This document shows positions 55,325 to 63,397 of a DNA stretch of 64,000 nt, piece by piece. The DNA is from Candidatus Zixiibacteriota bacterium (lineage in GTDB: Bacteria; RBG-13-66-14; B26-G2; WVWN01). Within the stretch, counting starts at the first letter, position 1. Each line of letters opens with the position of its first letter. The stretch is from the NCBI GenBank assembly GCA_011773985.1, contig WVWN01000084.1, forward strand, positions 23,738 to 87,737. The letters are read 5' to 3'. A program made the position numbers and the translations under genes. Below the pieces are notes generated by a model. That model saw only the letters and a list, made by a program, of their open reading frames with translations, did not search any database and was not told the DNA's origin.

Positions 55325-56167
55325 TTAAATTTCTACCGTCTTGTGCCGGGCCGAGTGGCAGTTGACGTTGACCGCGGCCGGGAAGGAGGCGATGTGGCGG
55401 CCGAAGGACTCGACGTGGACGCCGAGCGCCGTCGTCGAGCCGCCGTAGCCCATCGGCCCGATGCCGAGCTTGTTGACCCGTTCCAACAGCTCCTTCTCGA
55501 GCTCCGCGTCCCAGGGGTCCTCCGCGGGCCGGCCCAGCGGCCTGAAGAGCGCCTTCTTCGCGAGAAAGGCGCAATACTCGAAGGTGCCGCCGATGCCGAC
55601 GCCGACGACGACCGGCGGGCACGGGTTTGGCCCGGCCTCGCGCACCGCCTCGACGACGAAGTCGACGATGCCCTCGCGGCCGTCCGCGGGTTTCATCATC
55701 TTGATGAAGCTCATGTTCTCGGAGCCGCCGCCCTTGGGCGCCAGGTGGACGACGAGCTTCTCGCCCTTGGTCGGAACTACATGGATGATGGACGGCGTGT
55801 TGTCGCCGGTGTTTTTGCCGACGACGGGATGGACGACGATGGACTTTCGCAGGTAGCCGTCGGCGTAGCCGCGGCGGACGCCCTCGTCGATCGCCTCGCG
55901 GAGGGAGCCGCCCGTTACGTGCACGTCGTTTCCGAGCTCAACGATGAAGACGGCGAAGCCGCAATCCTGGCAGAGAGGATACTCGCCCTGGGCGGCTATT
56001 TCGGCGTTCTCGAGCAGCGACGACAATACCTGTTTACCTACGGGCGATTCCTCCTTGTCGCGGTAATCTTTGAGCGCTTGTACCGTGTCGGCGGGAAGGT
56101 TATATCCCGCGTCGATGCACAGGTCCTTGACCTTTTCCGCTATTTCCTCGACGGTTATCTCGCGCAT
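55325..56167 (-). CDS. Class I (Fe-S) fumarate hydratase / tartrate dehydratase alpha subunit (280 aa)
   Basis: Start moved to ATG 56167. YPLCQDCGFAVFIVELG and the rest are collinear with the Fe-S hydrolyase alpha domain. Confidence 0.85.
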   Translation of the reverse strand: MREITVEEIAEKVKDLCIDAGYNLPADTVQALKDYRDKEESPVGKQVLSSLLENAEIAAQGEYPLCQDCGFAVFIVELGNDVHVTGGSLREAIDEGVRRGYADGYLRKSIVVHPVVGKNTGDNTPSIIHVVPTKGEKLVVHLAPKGGGSENMSFIKMMKPADGREGIVDFVVEAVREAGPNPCPPVVVGVGIGGTFEYCAFLAKKALFRPLGRPAEDPWDAELEKELLERVNKLGIGPMGYGGSTTALGVHVESFGRHIASFPAAVNVNCHSARHKTVEI

Positions 56168-56234
56168 ATCTTCCCCTTCGGCGCCGCGGGCCCCGCCGGC
56201 CGACGACGCAAACCGGTCCAACATTTCCGGAGAG

Positions 56235-56888
56235 CTATTTTACGTAGTCCAAGACGACGACCTTGGGAGCGCCCAAATCCTCCACGGTAATCTCTACCTC
56301 GGAGGCGCCAGGTCGCTCGACGTTGGCCTTGCCCGCCACGAAGTCATCCACCGTCGCCAGCGGGAAGCCGCACGCGTCCGTCTTGTAATGCATAGGAAAT
56401 ATCACTTTGGCCTCGAGCTGCTCGGCCACCTTGGTCGCCGTCGCCGCGTCGATGGTGTAATGACCGCCCACGGGTATAAGGACCACGTCCACCGGCCCGA
56501 CGGCCGCCACCTGCTCGTCGGAGAGCACGTGGCCCAGGTCGCCGAGGAACGCGACCTTCATGCCGTCGGCCTCGAACGTGAAGACGGTGTTCTCGCCGCG
56601 CTCGCGCCCCTGGCGCTCGTCGTGGTAGGTATGCGTTCCTACGAAGGTTATCCCTCTAACTTTATGGGTACCGGCGCCGCGGACGACGACGGGATTGCCG
56701 CCCAGCTCGCCCGCGCCGGCGTGGTCGTCGTGGCCGTGCGATTGGAGCACGACGTCGCACGCGTCGCGAATGGGCCCGTAGCCTATCGCGCCGTCGTACG
56801 AGCCCGCGATATACGGGTCCGTACAGATGTGAACGCCGTCGGCGGTTGTGATGCCGAAGGACGCGTGGCCGTACCATTTAAATTTCAT
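56235..56888 (-). CDS. Metallo-beta-lactamase-fold hydrolase (UPF0173-like, 217 aa)
   Basis: MKFKWYGHASFGI...VLQSHGHDDHAG motif. GGAGGTG RBS. Confidence 0.8.
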   Translation of the reverse strand: MKFKWYGHASFGITTADGVHICTDPYIAGSYDGAIGYGPIRDACDVVLQSHGHDDHAGAGELGGNPVVVRGAGTHKVRGITFVGTHTYHDERQGRERGENTVFTFEADGMKVAFLGDLGHVLSDEQVAAVGPVDVVLIPVGGHYTIDAATATKVAEQLEAKVIFPMHYKTDACGFPLATVDDFVAGKANVERPGASEVEITVEDLGAPKVVVLDYVK

Positions 56889-57029
56889 TACGCACCTCCG
56901 TATCGCCCTTTTCGTTTAAAATAATAAAAACAAACCGGTTGTAGAACCTTATCCTATCAGCCGCCGCGCCTTCGCGCAAGCGGATATGTGCTCGAGCCGC
57001 GGCGCCGCTAACCGGCGTCGGAGATATTC

Positions 57030-57545
57030 CTAATAAATTTCGACGGACCGCTCGACGGCGTCGAAGTAAGGCCGGGCGGCCTCGCGTTGTCCCTCGTACG
57101 CGGCGAAGGTAATAAAATAATACCGTGCGTTCCCCCGGACCACGAGCGCGCGCGTCCAAACCCGTTCGCCGTCGCGCGTGGCCCAATATTCGAACGCCCT
57201 GCCCGGGCGGCCTCCCACGGCAACGTCCGCGGCCACAACGCCGCGCGCCCCCGCGATCTTTCGCTCGAGCGACGACGCCGCGACCTCCAGCGGCGCCCCG
57301 CTCAAGGCCCCCACGACGCTCACGCCCGCGCCGGCCGTCTTCGTCCCGCGCGGCGCCCGGACCTCCAGAATCAAAGCCGCCGCCCCCTCGCCCGCGCTCG
57401 CCTCCCAATCGGCGGGATATTCCAACTTAATGCCCCACACGTCGTTCGCGAAAGGCACGGCCGTCGGCGCCTCGCGGCCCCCGCAACTCAAGGCCGCGGC
57501 CGCGACGGCCGCCGCGGCGGCAAGACTGAGCCGCGTATTACTCAC
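57030..57545 (-). CDS. Hypothetical lipoprotein, PsbP/DcrB-like (171 aa)
   Basis: GTG start overlaps the upstream stop by 8 nt. Lipobox AAAALSCGG. The fold assignment is a weak impression only. Confidence 0.6.
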   Translation of the reverse strand: MSNTRLSLAAAAAVAAAALSCGGREAPTAVPFANDVWGIKLEYPADWEASAGEGAAALILEVRAPRGTKTAGAGVSVVGALSGAPLEVAASSLERKIAGARGVVAADVAVGGRPGRAFEYWATRDGERVWTRALVVRGNARYYFITFAAYEGQREAARPYFDAVERSVEIY

Positions 57546-58515
57546 CCTTGCTCGAGAGGAGCCGCCGCAAACGTTCCTCGAAGACCTCCCGCCCGGCGGA
57601 GCCGTAAATGTGGCCGCGCACGATGCCGCCGCTATCGATGAAATAGGTTTGGGGTATTCCTCCGGTCGGGCCTACGTACTTAGCCGCGGCCTCGCCGTCG
57701 TCGCGCAAGACCGGGTAGTTAATGCCGTGCTCCTCGGCGAAGGCGGCGACGTCCGCGGTCGCGTCGTCGACGGAAATGCTCAGCACGGCGACCTCGCCGT
57801 CGTGGTCGCGCGCGAACGCGACGACGTCCGGGATTTCGTCCGCGCAGGGCGGGCACCACGTCGCCCAGATGTTAAGGACTACGGGTTTGCCTTCGAAATC
57901 CGCGAGGCGGTACCGGCGGCCGTAGATATCCGTCAACTCGAAACCGGGTGCCCGCTCGCCCGGCTTCACGGTCATATTTTTCACTTCTTCTTCGGCCGCC
58001 TTCTTTTCCGCCTTCGCGAGCATATCCACCAGGGCCTCTTCGCCGCGCAGCAAGGCCAGGTCGTCGTCGGCGCGGGCGTAGCGCGCGAAAAGCGGTTCCG
58101 CCTCGAGGCTGGCTCGCAAACAATCGAGCGACTTCGGCGCGTTGCCGAGGCGAGCGTAGGAGCAGGCCATATTATAAAAAACTCCCGGATACTCGAGCCG
58201 CTCCGAGGGGTCGACCTTCCTCAGGCCCTCCTCGTACGCGGCGACCCCCTTCTCGTAATCCGAGAACTCGTCCTCGAGGTACATATCGCCGAGGGCGAAG
58301 TACAGGTCCGCGGCCGGGAACTTAGCCGAGGCGGCGTCGATCAATTCCCTCAAGCGCCCCTCGTCGCCGGCGCGGTACGCGCCCCGGGCCGCGGCGACGA
58401 CGTCGTCGAGCGAGGCCGTCGCGAGCTCGAGCTCCTCCTCGGCGCCGAACGCCGCGGCGCCCGTCATGCCCGCAACGAGAACGGCTAAAATTATTTTTGG
58501 CGCCAGGCCTTTCAT
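57538..58515 (-). CDS. Secreted TPR-domain / TlpA-like thiol:disulfide oxidoreductase fusion (325 aa)
   Basis: Start moved to ATG 58515, giving the signal peptide MKGLAPKIILAVLVAGMTGAAAFG. TPR-like N-terminal half; thioredoxin-fold C-terminal half with NIWATWCPPCADE. Confidence 0.85.
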   Translation of the reverse strand: MKGLAPKIILAVLVAGMTGAAAFGAEEELELATASLDDVVAAARGAYRAGDEGRLRELIDAASAKFPAADLYFALGDMYLEDEFSDYEKGVAAYEEGLRKVDPSERLEYPGVFYNMACSYARLGNAPKSLDCLRASLEAEPLFARYARADDDLALLRGEEALVDMLAKAEKKAAEEEVKNMTVKPGERAPGFELTDIYGRRYRLADFEGKPVVLNIWATWCPPCADEIPDVVAFARDHDGEVAVLSISVDDATADVAAFAEEHGINYPVLRDDGEAAAKYVGPTGGIPQTYFIDSGGIVRGHIYGSAGREVFEERLRRLLSSKGE

Positions 58516-58524
58516 CGCCTCGCT

Positions 58525-58553
58525 AAGATAACACAACGGCGCCCGGGCCGCAA
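58525..58553 (-). promoter_or_regulatory. Candidate promoter of the TlpA-like gene (leaderless configuration)
   Basis: Minus strand reads TTGCGG-N17-TATCTT, followed by 9 nt and then the ATG at 58515. Confidence 0.45.
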
Positions 58554-58588
58554 GGGCGACGGCCCCGGGTATCATTCCGCCGCAAGTG

Positions 58589-58618
58589 AAAAAAGGGCGG
58601 CCCCACGCGGAGCCGCCT
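58589..58618 (-). terminator. Intrinsic terminator of the ABC exporter operon
   Basis: Minus strand reads GGCGGC-(loop)-GCCGCC followed by CUUUUUU. Confidence 0.65.
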
Positions 58619-58639
58619 TCTTTAACGCACGCAACTTCC

Positions 58640-59449
58640 CTACCCCTCGATCTTGAGCTTGCCGGTCCTCTTGGCCCAGCGCTCGCCCAGGACGAAGCAG
58701 GCGAAGCCGAGCGGTATCAGGACGACGCCGGAGAGCACGAGGATAAGAAGTTCTTTGCCCAAGGCCGCGACGCCAACGCCGTCCAGGACCGCGGCGCGCA
58801 TCGCCCGCAGCGTGTACGTCGCCGGCGAGACGACCGAGAAAGGCCGCAGCCACGCCGGCAACACGCTCACGTCGTAGTAGACGCCGGATACCAGGAGGAT
58901 GAGCGCCTGGAAGATGTGCGTGGCCTGCGAGCCCCGCTCCCGCGACAACAGCGGCAGCACGGCGCACGCGAGCCCCAGTCCCAGGAACGGCAGGCTCGAG
59001 ATGACGAGGACGACCGCCGCGGCCAGGAAGTTGGCCCCGGCGAGGCTGATGCCGAAGAAGAGCGCGCACACTAAAAGCTGTACGCCGGCGCGGCCGAGGC
59101 CGTAGGTGATGGCGTAAAGCGCGTTCCCCATGAGCTGCGTGAAGCGCTTCACCGGCGCCATGAACGTGTACTCCAGCGTGCCCTCCCACCGCTCCCAGGC
59201 GATGCACTCGCTCACCTCGTGGAAGAGGATGGAGAGGTACCCCCAGAGGACCGCGCCGACGACGAGGTAGAGTACGAGCCGCTGGTCGCCGGTCGCGACG
59301 CCGATGAGGCCGATGGTCAACGCGCTCACGATGGTGTAGGTCAGGAAGACCGCTTCCCAGCCGGCGTACCGCTTCACGAGCATGAAGTTGCGCTCGGCGA
59401 AGCCGATGCTGCACCAGATTTCCCTTAACGCTCTAACCTTGATAGACAT
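58640..59449 (-). CDS. ABC-2 type exporter permease (269 aa)
   Basis: Six TM segments; N-terminal REIWCSIGFAERNFMLVKRY is typical of ABC-2 permeases. It follows the ATPase gene. Confidence 0.85.
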   Translation of the reverse strand: MSIKVRALREIWCSIGFAERNFMLVKRYAGWEAVFLTYTIVSALTIGLIGVATGDQRLVLYLVVGAVLWGYLSILFHEVSECIAWERWEGTLEYTFMAPVKRFTQLMGNALYAITYGLGRAGVQLLVCALFFGISLAGANFLAAAVVLVISSLPFLGLGLACAVLPLLSRERGSQATHIFQALILLVSGVYYDVSVLPAWLRPFSVVSPATYTLRAMRAAVLDGVGVAALGKELLILVLSGVVLIPLGFACFVLGERWAKRTGKLKIEG

Positions 59450-59474
59450 ATCGGTTCACTCCCGTCGGCGCGAC

Positions 59475-60410
59475 CTAGCCGCCGTTCTCTTCGCCCAGCC
59501 ACTCGGCGCCGGTGAATTTCAAGAAAGCGTCTTCCAACGTCCTCGAGCGGCCGCCGGCACGCTCTCCCAACTCCGCGGGCGTCCCGATCGTCACGATCCG
59601 CCCCTCGTGCAGGATGCCGACGCGGTCGCAGAGGCGCTCGGCCTCCTCCATGTCGTGCGTGGTCAGCAGGACCGTCGTTCCCGCCTCGTCCCGCATCTCG
59701 CGGATGACGCGTTGGACCTCGCGCTTGGACCGCGGGTCGAGGCCGGTCGTAGGCTCGTCCAACAGCAGGAGCGCGGGCGCGGACATCAACGCGCGCGTCG
59801 CCGCGACCTTCTGGCGCTCGCCGCGCGACAGGCTCTTCACCTGGTCGCCGAGGCGCTTGGGGTCGAAGCCGATACGCGTGAGCAGGCCGTCGTAGCGCTC
59901 GCGCGCGACGCGCGGGGCCAGGCCGTAAAGGCGGGCCGCGTAGCGAAGGTTCTCCGAGCCCGAGAGGACCTTGAAGAACGCCGCGTCCACCGCGACGCGG
60001 TTGATGAGCTCGCGGACGCGCGCCGGCTCGCCCTCGACGTCCACGCCGAAGACCTTGACCTGTCCCTCGTCGGGCACGAGGAGCGTCGAGACTATGCGGA
60101 TAAGGGTCGACTTGCCCGAGCCGTTCATGCCGATGAGGCCGAAGATCTCGCCCCTCTCGACGGCGAAGGTCACCGCGGCGAGCGCGGCGAACCGCGGCCG
60201 CCGCCGCCAGAAGCCGTGGCGTTTGCCCTCGGGCCGCGGGAAGCGCTTGGTCAAACCGTCCACCTTAAGCGCCGGCCGGCCGTCGTCCATAGCTTCCGCC
60301 GCGCGCACGAGGGATTCGCGCTCGGGGCCGGCCCGCTCGACGGTACCGGTCGAACTCGCCTCGAGCCGTCCTTCCACTTTCCGTCCTTCGCTATTCTTTA
60401 CCCGGTCCAT
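59475..60410 (-). CDS. ABC transporter ATP-binding protein (DrrA/CcmA-like, 311 aa)
   Basis: Walker A GMNGSGKST, signature LSRGERQK and Walker B LLLLDEPTTGLD. The ATG at 60410 has an AGGTGAG RBS. The N-terminal 40 aa are non-conserved, so ATG 60290 is an alternative start. Confidence 0.9.
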   Translation of the reverse strand: MDRVKNSEGRKVEGRLEASSTGTVERAGPERESLVRAAEAMDDGRPALKVDGLTKRFPRPEGKRHGFWRRRPRFAALAAVTFAVERGEIFGLIGMNGSGKSTLIRIVSTLLVPDEGQVKVFGVDVEGEPARVRELINRVAVDAAFFKVLSGSENLRYAARLYGLAPRVARERYDGLLTRIGFDPKRLGDQVKSLSRGERQKVAATRALMSAPALLLLDEPTTGLDPRSKREVQRVIREMRDEAGTTVLLTTHDMEEAERLCDRVGILHEGRIVTIGTPAELGERAGGRSRTLEDAFLKFTGAEWLGEENGG

Positions 60411-60450
60411 ATCTCACCTTATGGCGCTAAGCCGTTTTGCGTTATATAAA

Positions 60451-60484
60451 TTTAAATTAAAACCCACCGATTTCGCTCGGTGGG
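60451..60484 (-). terminator. Intrinsic terminator 45 nt upstream of the ABC exporter start codon
   Basis: Minus strand reads CCCACCGA-GCGAAA-UCGGUGGG followed by UUUUAAUUUAAAUUU. Confidence 0.7.
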
Positions 60485-60664
60485 TCGGCGTAACCTTTGG
60501 CGCACAAGCCTTTAATCTGAAGGAGTTACGCCTCGCCACCGGGCACCGGGCACAATAACCCGCCCGGAAAAATCGTTAACCTCCCGCGTTATGCGCGGTA
60601 GGAGCTCGGGGTGGTATGCCAACGTTTTACTTCGCATCGGGCCGACTTCCTCTCGTTTTATTTA
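60485..60664 (-). ncRNA. Candidate structured leader RNA or sRNA (unknown class) between lptD and the ABC exporter
   Basis: The region is bounded by a promoter (60671-60698) and the terminator above. Its GC content and GC3 are lower than in flanking genes. It contains several local hairpins (GGCGTAAC...GTTACGCC, CCGCG-TTATG-CGCGG) and an optional 41-codon ORF (60637-60512). Confidence 0.4.
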
Positions 60665-60670
60665 GGCATA

Positions 60671-60698
60671 TATATAACACAGAACTCGGAAAAGTCAA
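60671..60698 (-). promoter_or_regulatory. Sigma70-type promoter just downstream of the lptD stop
   Basis: Minus strand reads TTGACT-N16-TATATA with TGT immediately upstream of the -10 (extended -10). Confidence 0.55.
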
Positions 60699-60726
60699 GT
60701 TTTTTCTGGCCGGTTTTGCGGCGCCG

Positions 60727-63360
60727 TCAGAACCGCCGGCGCTGCGTGCCGTAGAACTCTATCTCCGGGATGTCTATCAGCCGCACCTGGAACCAGTAGA
60801 TGACTTCTTCGCGCTCGAAGGCTATCCGCAGCTCGGCCTCCCAGCGGTGGAGGTTGCGGTAGATGCGGTAGTGCTCGCTGATGAGTTGGCCCTCCTTGAC
60901 GTCGTAGTAGGCGTCGTAGCCGAGGCGCCACTTCTTCGTGAGGTCGAAGGAGACGGCGCCCTTCAACGAGTGCAGGTCGAAGCCGCCCTCGGACCAGCCG
61001 TAGTCGTGGGTAAACGAGAAGTTCCACCCCTGGCCGAGGCCCTCGCCCGCGCCGTACCGCCGGCCGGTTATCGTGTCGATGTTGTAAACGTTGGGGTCGA
61101 GGTCCTCGTCTTCCGGGCCGCGGCCTCGCCCGTAGGGGTCGGTCGCCGTGTCCCAGGATTGGTCGAGCGCGCGCTCGTCGCGCCGCATCGCGCCGGTCGT
61201 GAAGGAAACGCTCGTGGAGACGTCGACGTCGCGGAGGGTGAGGTCGTAAAAATCGTTGCGGAACTGCAGGCGGTTGGACAGGTAATACCAATCGCGGAAG
61301 TTGGGCGTAACCTCAATGGCGTTCACGAGGTCGGTGAACGGGCGCTCGCCGGCGTACGTGAGCGGCCCCAGGTTATAAGTTGTCGACGTATCCCACGTCG
61401 CCAGGTTGACCACCTTGCCAACGGTCGCGGCCTTGCGGAGCCGCGGTATCGTCTCACCGGGCAGGCGCGCCCGGCCGGCCCGCGACGGCCGGTAAACCTC
61501 CTCCCACGAACGCTCCGGGCCCCTCGCCTCGGGCCCTTCCTCCTCTCGCGCCTCCTCCTTTTCCTCCTCGGGGAATTTCACGTCGAAAGTTTGGCGAAGC
61601 GAGAGCGAGAGCATGTTCTGCTCGGGGTAAACCGCGCCGCCGGCGACCATCCACGACTGGTCGATGTCGGGTCGGTAGCTGTGGGCCACGGTCGGGTTCA
61701 CGATGTGGCGGACCACAGTGTCGCCGGGCGTGAAGATCCCGTAAACCTTGGTCGAGAGGGCCACCGACGTATCCCAAGTCCCGAGGAAGCGGTGGTTTCG
61801 GCCGAAGCGGTCGCGGTCGTACCAATAACCGTGGCCCGCGGCGCCGGGGTCGACGTGCAAATAACGCAGGAGGGAAAGGGGGCGCGACGCGGAAAGGTCC
61901 GCGGCGCCCTCTTTGAGTACCGAGCCCGCCTCCTCGAAGTCGTAGTAGTTTACCCAGCTCGCGTTGTATTGGTAATAGAAGCGCGTCTCGGCGAGTTCCT
62001 TGCGCGTGGCGTAAAAGTTCACGCGCGGGAAGGGGTCCTTCGTCCGTTGAATGAATTCGCGGTTAGGTTCGGCGACGACGGGGGGAAGCGAGAACGCCGT
62101 GGCCGGCGAGAGACCGCCTCTCCCCGCTTGGGCCTTCTCCTTCGTTTGGCGGGCGTCGAGCGACAGCTGGTAGTCGGTCCAGTTTTGGGAGACGTTGACG
62201 AACGACTCCATTTGCCGCTCGGTCCTAATTTCGAACTCCTCGTCGAAGAAGTCGTCGTACGCGGTGCTGTTGCGGAGGTCGAGGCGGACGAGCGCGGCGG
62301 CGTTGTCGGTGAAGTCCTGCCGATGCGAGGAGTAAATCTTCCACCACTCGACGGCCCGGTCGCGTTCGCGCATATGATTCGCGTAGAAGTTGTTGACCGT
62401 CGAGCGGCTGCCGTAAAGGTACACCAGGTTCGCGCCCTTGCGCCACCCCCTCTTGGAGTCGTAATCGAGAAGGAACGTCGCGTCCGAAAAATCGTTGATT
62501 ACCCAATAGAAGCCGTTATTTACGATGAACTCCCCTCGCCGGTAGTAGCGGATATACGGCGGCAGGAAACCGGAGTGGCGGTCCTTCCGCAGCGAGAAGA
62601 AGTAATAGGGCGTCGCCGCCACCGGGACCCCACCCATGAATAGGACCGCCGGGCGGGCCACCACCTTATCCTCGACGTAGACCTTGAGGCGCGGCGACCA
62701 GAAGTGGTAGTGGGGTTGGCCGAGGTCGCACGTGGTGAACGAACCGCGCTGGGCCGCGACCGTCTTCTCCTCGATCTTCTTTATCCGCTGGCCGCTATAA
62801 TAGCCCTGCGGCGATTCCGCGTCGCCGCGCAGGACGACGCCCTTCTCGGTCTCGAGGTCGTAGGACATCCGGATGCCCAGCAGCGTTTGCGTCGGGTCCG
62901 TGAGTTCGCAATACCCCTCCGCGACGATCAGGTCGCGCGCGGAAAAGAACCGCACGCGGTCCGCGGTGAGCGTCATATCGCTGTAAGAGACGCGGGCATC
63001 CCGGTGCAGCGAAACCGTATCTTCCTTGAGTAAATACTCGATGCGCCCTTCCTCCACGTCGACGGTAAAGCGCACCTCGTCCGGCTCGAGGGGCGGCTCC
63101 TCGAGCTCGGCGCGGGCCTCGTCCGCAGTGACGGGCTCGAGCGGCGCCTCGAGGCCCCGTTCTCCGCGCACCTTCGCCACCCACGCGTCGGCTTCGCGGC
63201 GTTCGGCCGCAAGTTCTTCCTCATCCCCCGGCCCGAAGTCCTTAAAAAAATCGCCGACCTCGCCGTCGTCGGGGTCTTCGAGCACCGTCGCCCTAGCCGC
63301 CGCGGCCGCGATAGTGAGTAAGAAAAAAGCCGACCACCTTATTTTAAATTGCCCAGCCAA
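60727..63360 (-). CDS. lptD: LPS-assembly outer-membrane protein LptD (877 aa)
   Basis: Signal peptide, then an OstA-like N-terminal domain (LTADRVRFFSARDLIVAEGYCELTDP...RGSFTTCDLGQPHYHFWSPRLKVY...VLFMGGVPVAATPYYFFSL), a large C-terminal barrel and a terminal Phe. Confidence 0.85.
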   Translation of the reverse strand: MAGQFKIRWSAFFLLTIAAAAARATVLEDPDDGEVGDFFKDFGPGDEEELAAERREADAWVAKVRGERGLEAPLEPVTADEARAELEEPPLEPDEVRFTVDVEEGRIEYLLKEDTVSLHRDARVSYSDMTLTADRVRFFSARDLIVAEGYCELTDPTQTLLGIRMSYDLETEKGVVLRGDAESPQGYYSGQRIKKIEEKTVAAQRGSFTTCDLGQPHYHFWSPRLKVYVEDKVVARPAVLFMGGVPVAATPYYFFSLRKDRHSGFLPPYIRYYRRGEFIVNNGFYWVINDFSDATFLLDYDSKRGWRKGANLVYLYGSRSTVNNFYANHMRERDRAVEWWKIYSSHRQDFTDNAAALVRLDLRNSTAYDDFFDEEFEIRTERQMESFVNVSQNWTDYQLSLDARQTKEKAQAGRGGLSPATAFSLPPVVAEPNREFIQRTKDPFPRVNFYATRKELAETRFYYQYNASWVNYYDFEEAGSVLKEGAADLSASRPLSLLRYLHVDPGAAGHGYWYDRDRFGRNHRFLGTWDTSVALSTKVYGIFTPGDTVVRHIVNPTVAHSYRPDIDQSWMVAGGAVYPEQNMLSLSLRQTFDVKFPEEEKEEAREEEGPEARGPERSWEEVYRPSRAGRARLPGETIPRLRKAATVGKVVNLATWDTSTTYNLGPLTYAGERPFTDLVNAIEVTPNFRDWYYLSNRLQFRNDFYDLTLRDVDVSTSVSFTTGAMRRDERALDQSWDTATDPYGRGRGPEDEDLDPNVYNIDTITGRRYGAGEGLGQGWNFSFTHDYGWSEGGFDLHSLKGAVSFDLTKKWRLGYDAYYDVKEGQLISEHYRIYRNLHRWEAELRIAFEREEVIYWFQVRLIDIPEIEFYGTQRRRF

Positions 63361-63397
63361 TGCTCGCGACGCCGCCGGAAACGGCCTCCGGGAAAAC

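Noticed and set aside
55085-56167. A fumarate hydratase alpha subunit without an adjacent beta-subunit gene.
   Set aside because: The beta subunit may simply be encoded elsewhere. Absence from one window is not evidence of a novel single-subunit enzyme.
60603-60620. Plus-strand GGGGTGGTATGCC, which resembles the T-box core GGGTGGTACCGCG.
   Set aside because: It is only a partial match and is on the wrong strand relative to the promoter, terminator and downstream genes. There is no specifier-loop context.
60639-60656. Minus-strand GAGAGGAAGUCGGCCC, which resembles the RNase P RNA CR-I motif GAGGAAAGUCCGGGC.
   Set aside because: The promoter-to-terminator unit is only about 210 nt, and the other conserved RNase P regions (CR-IV and CR-V) are absent.
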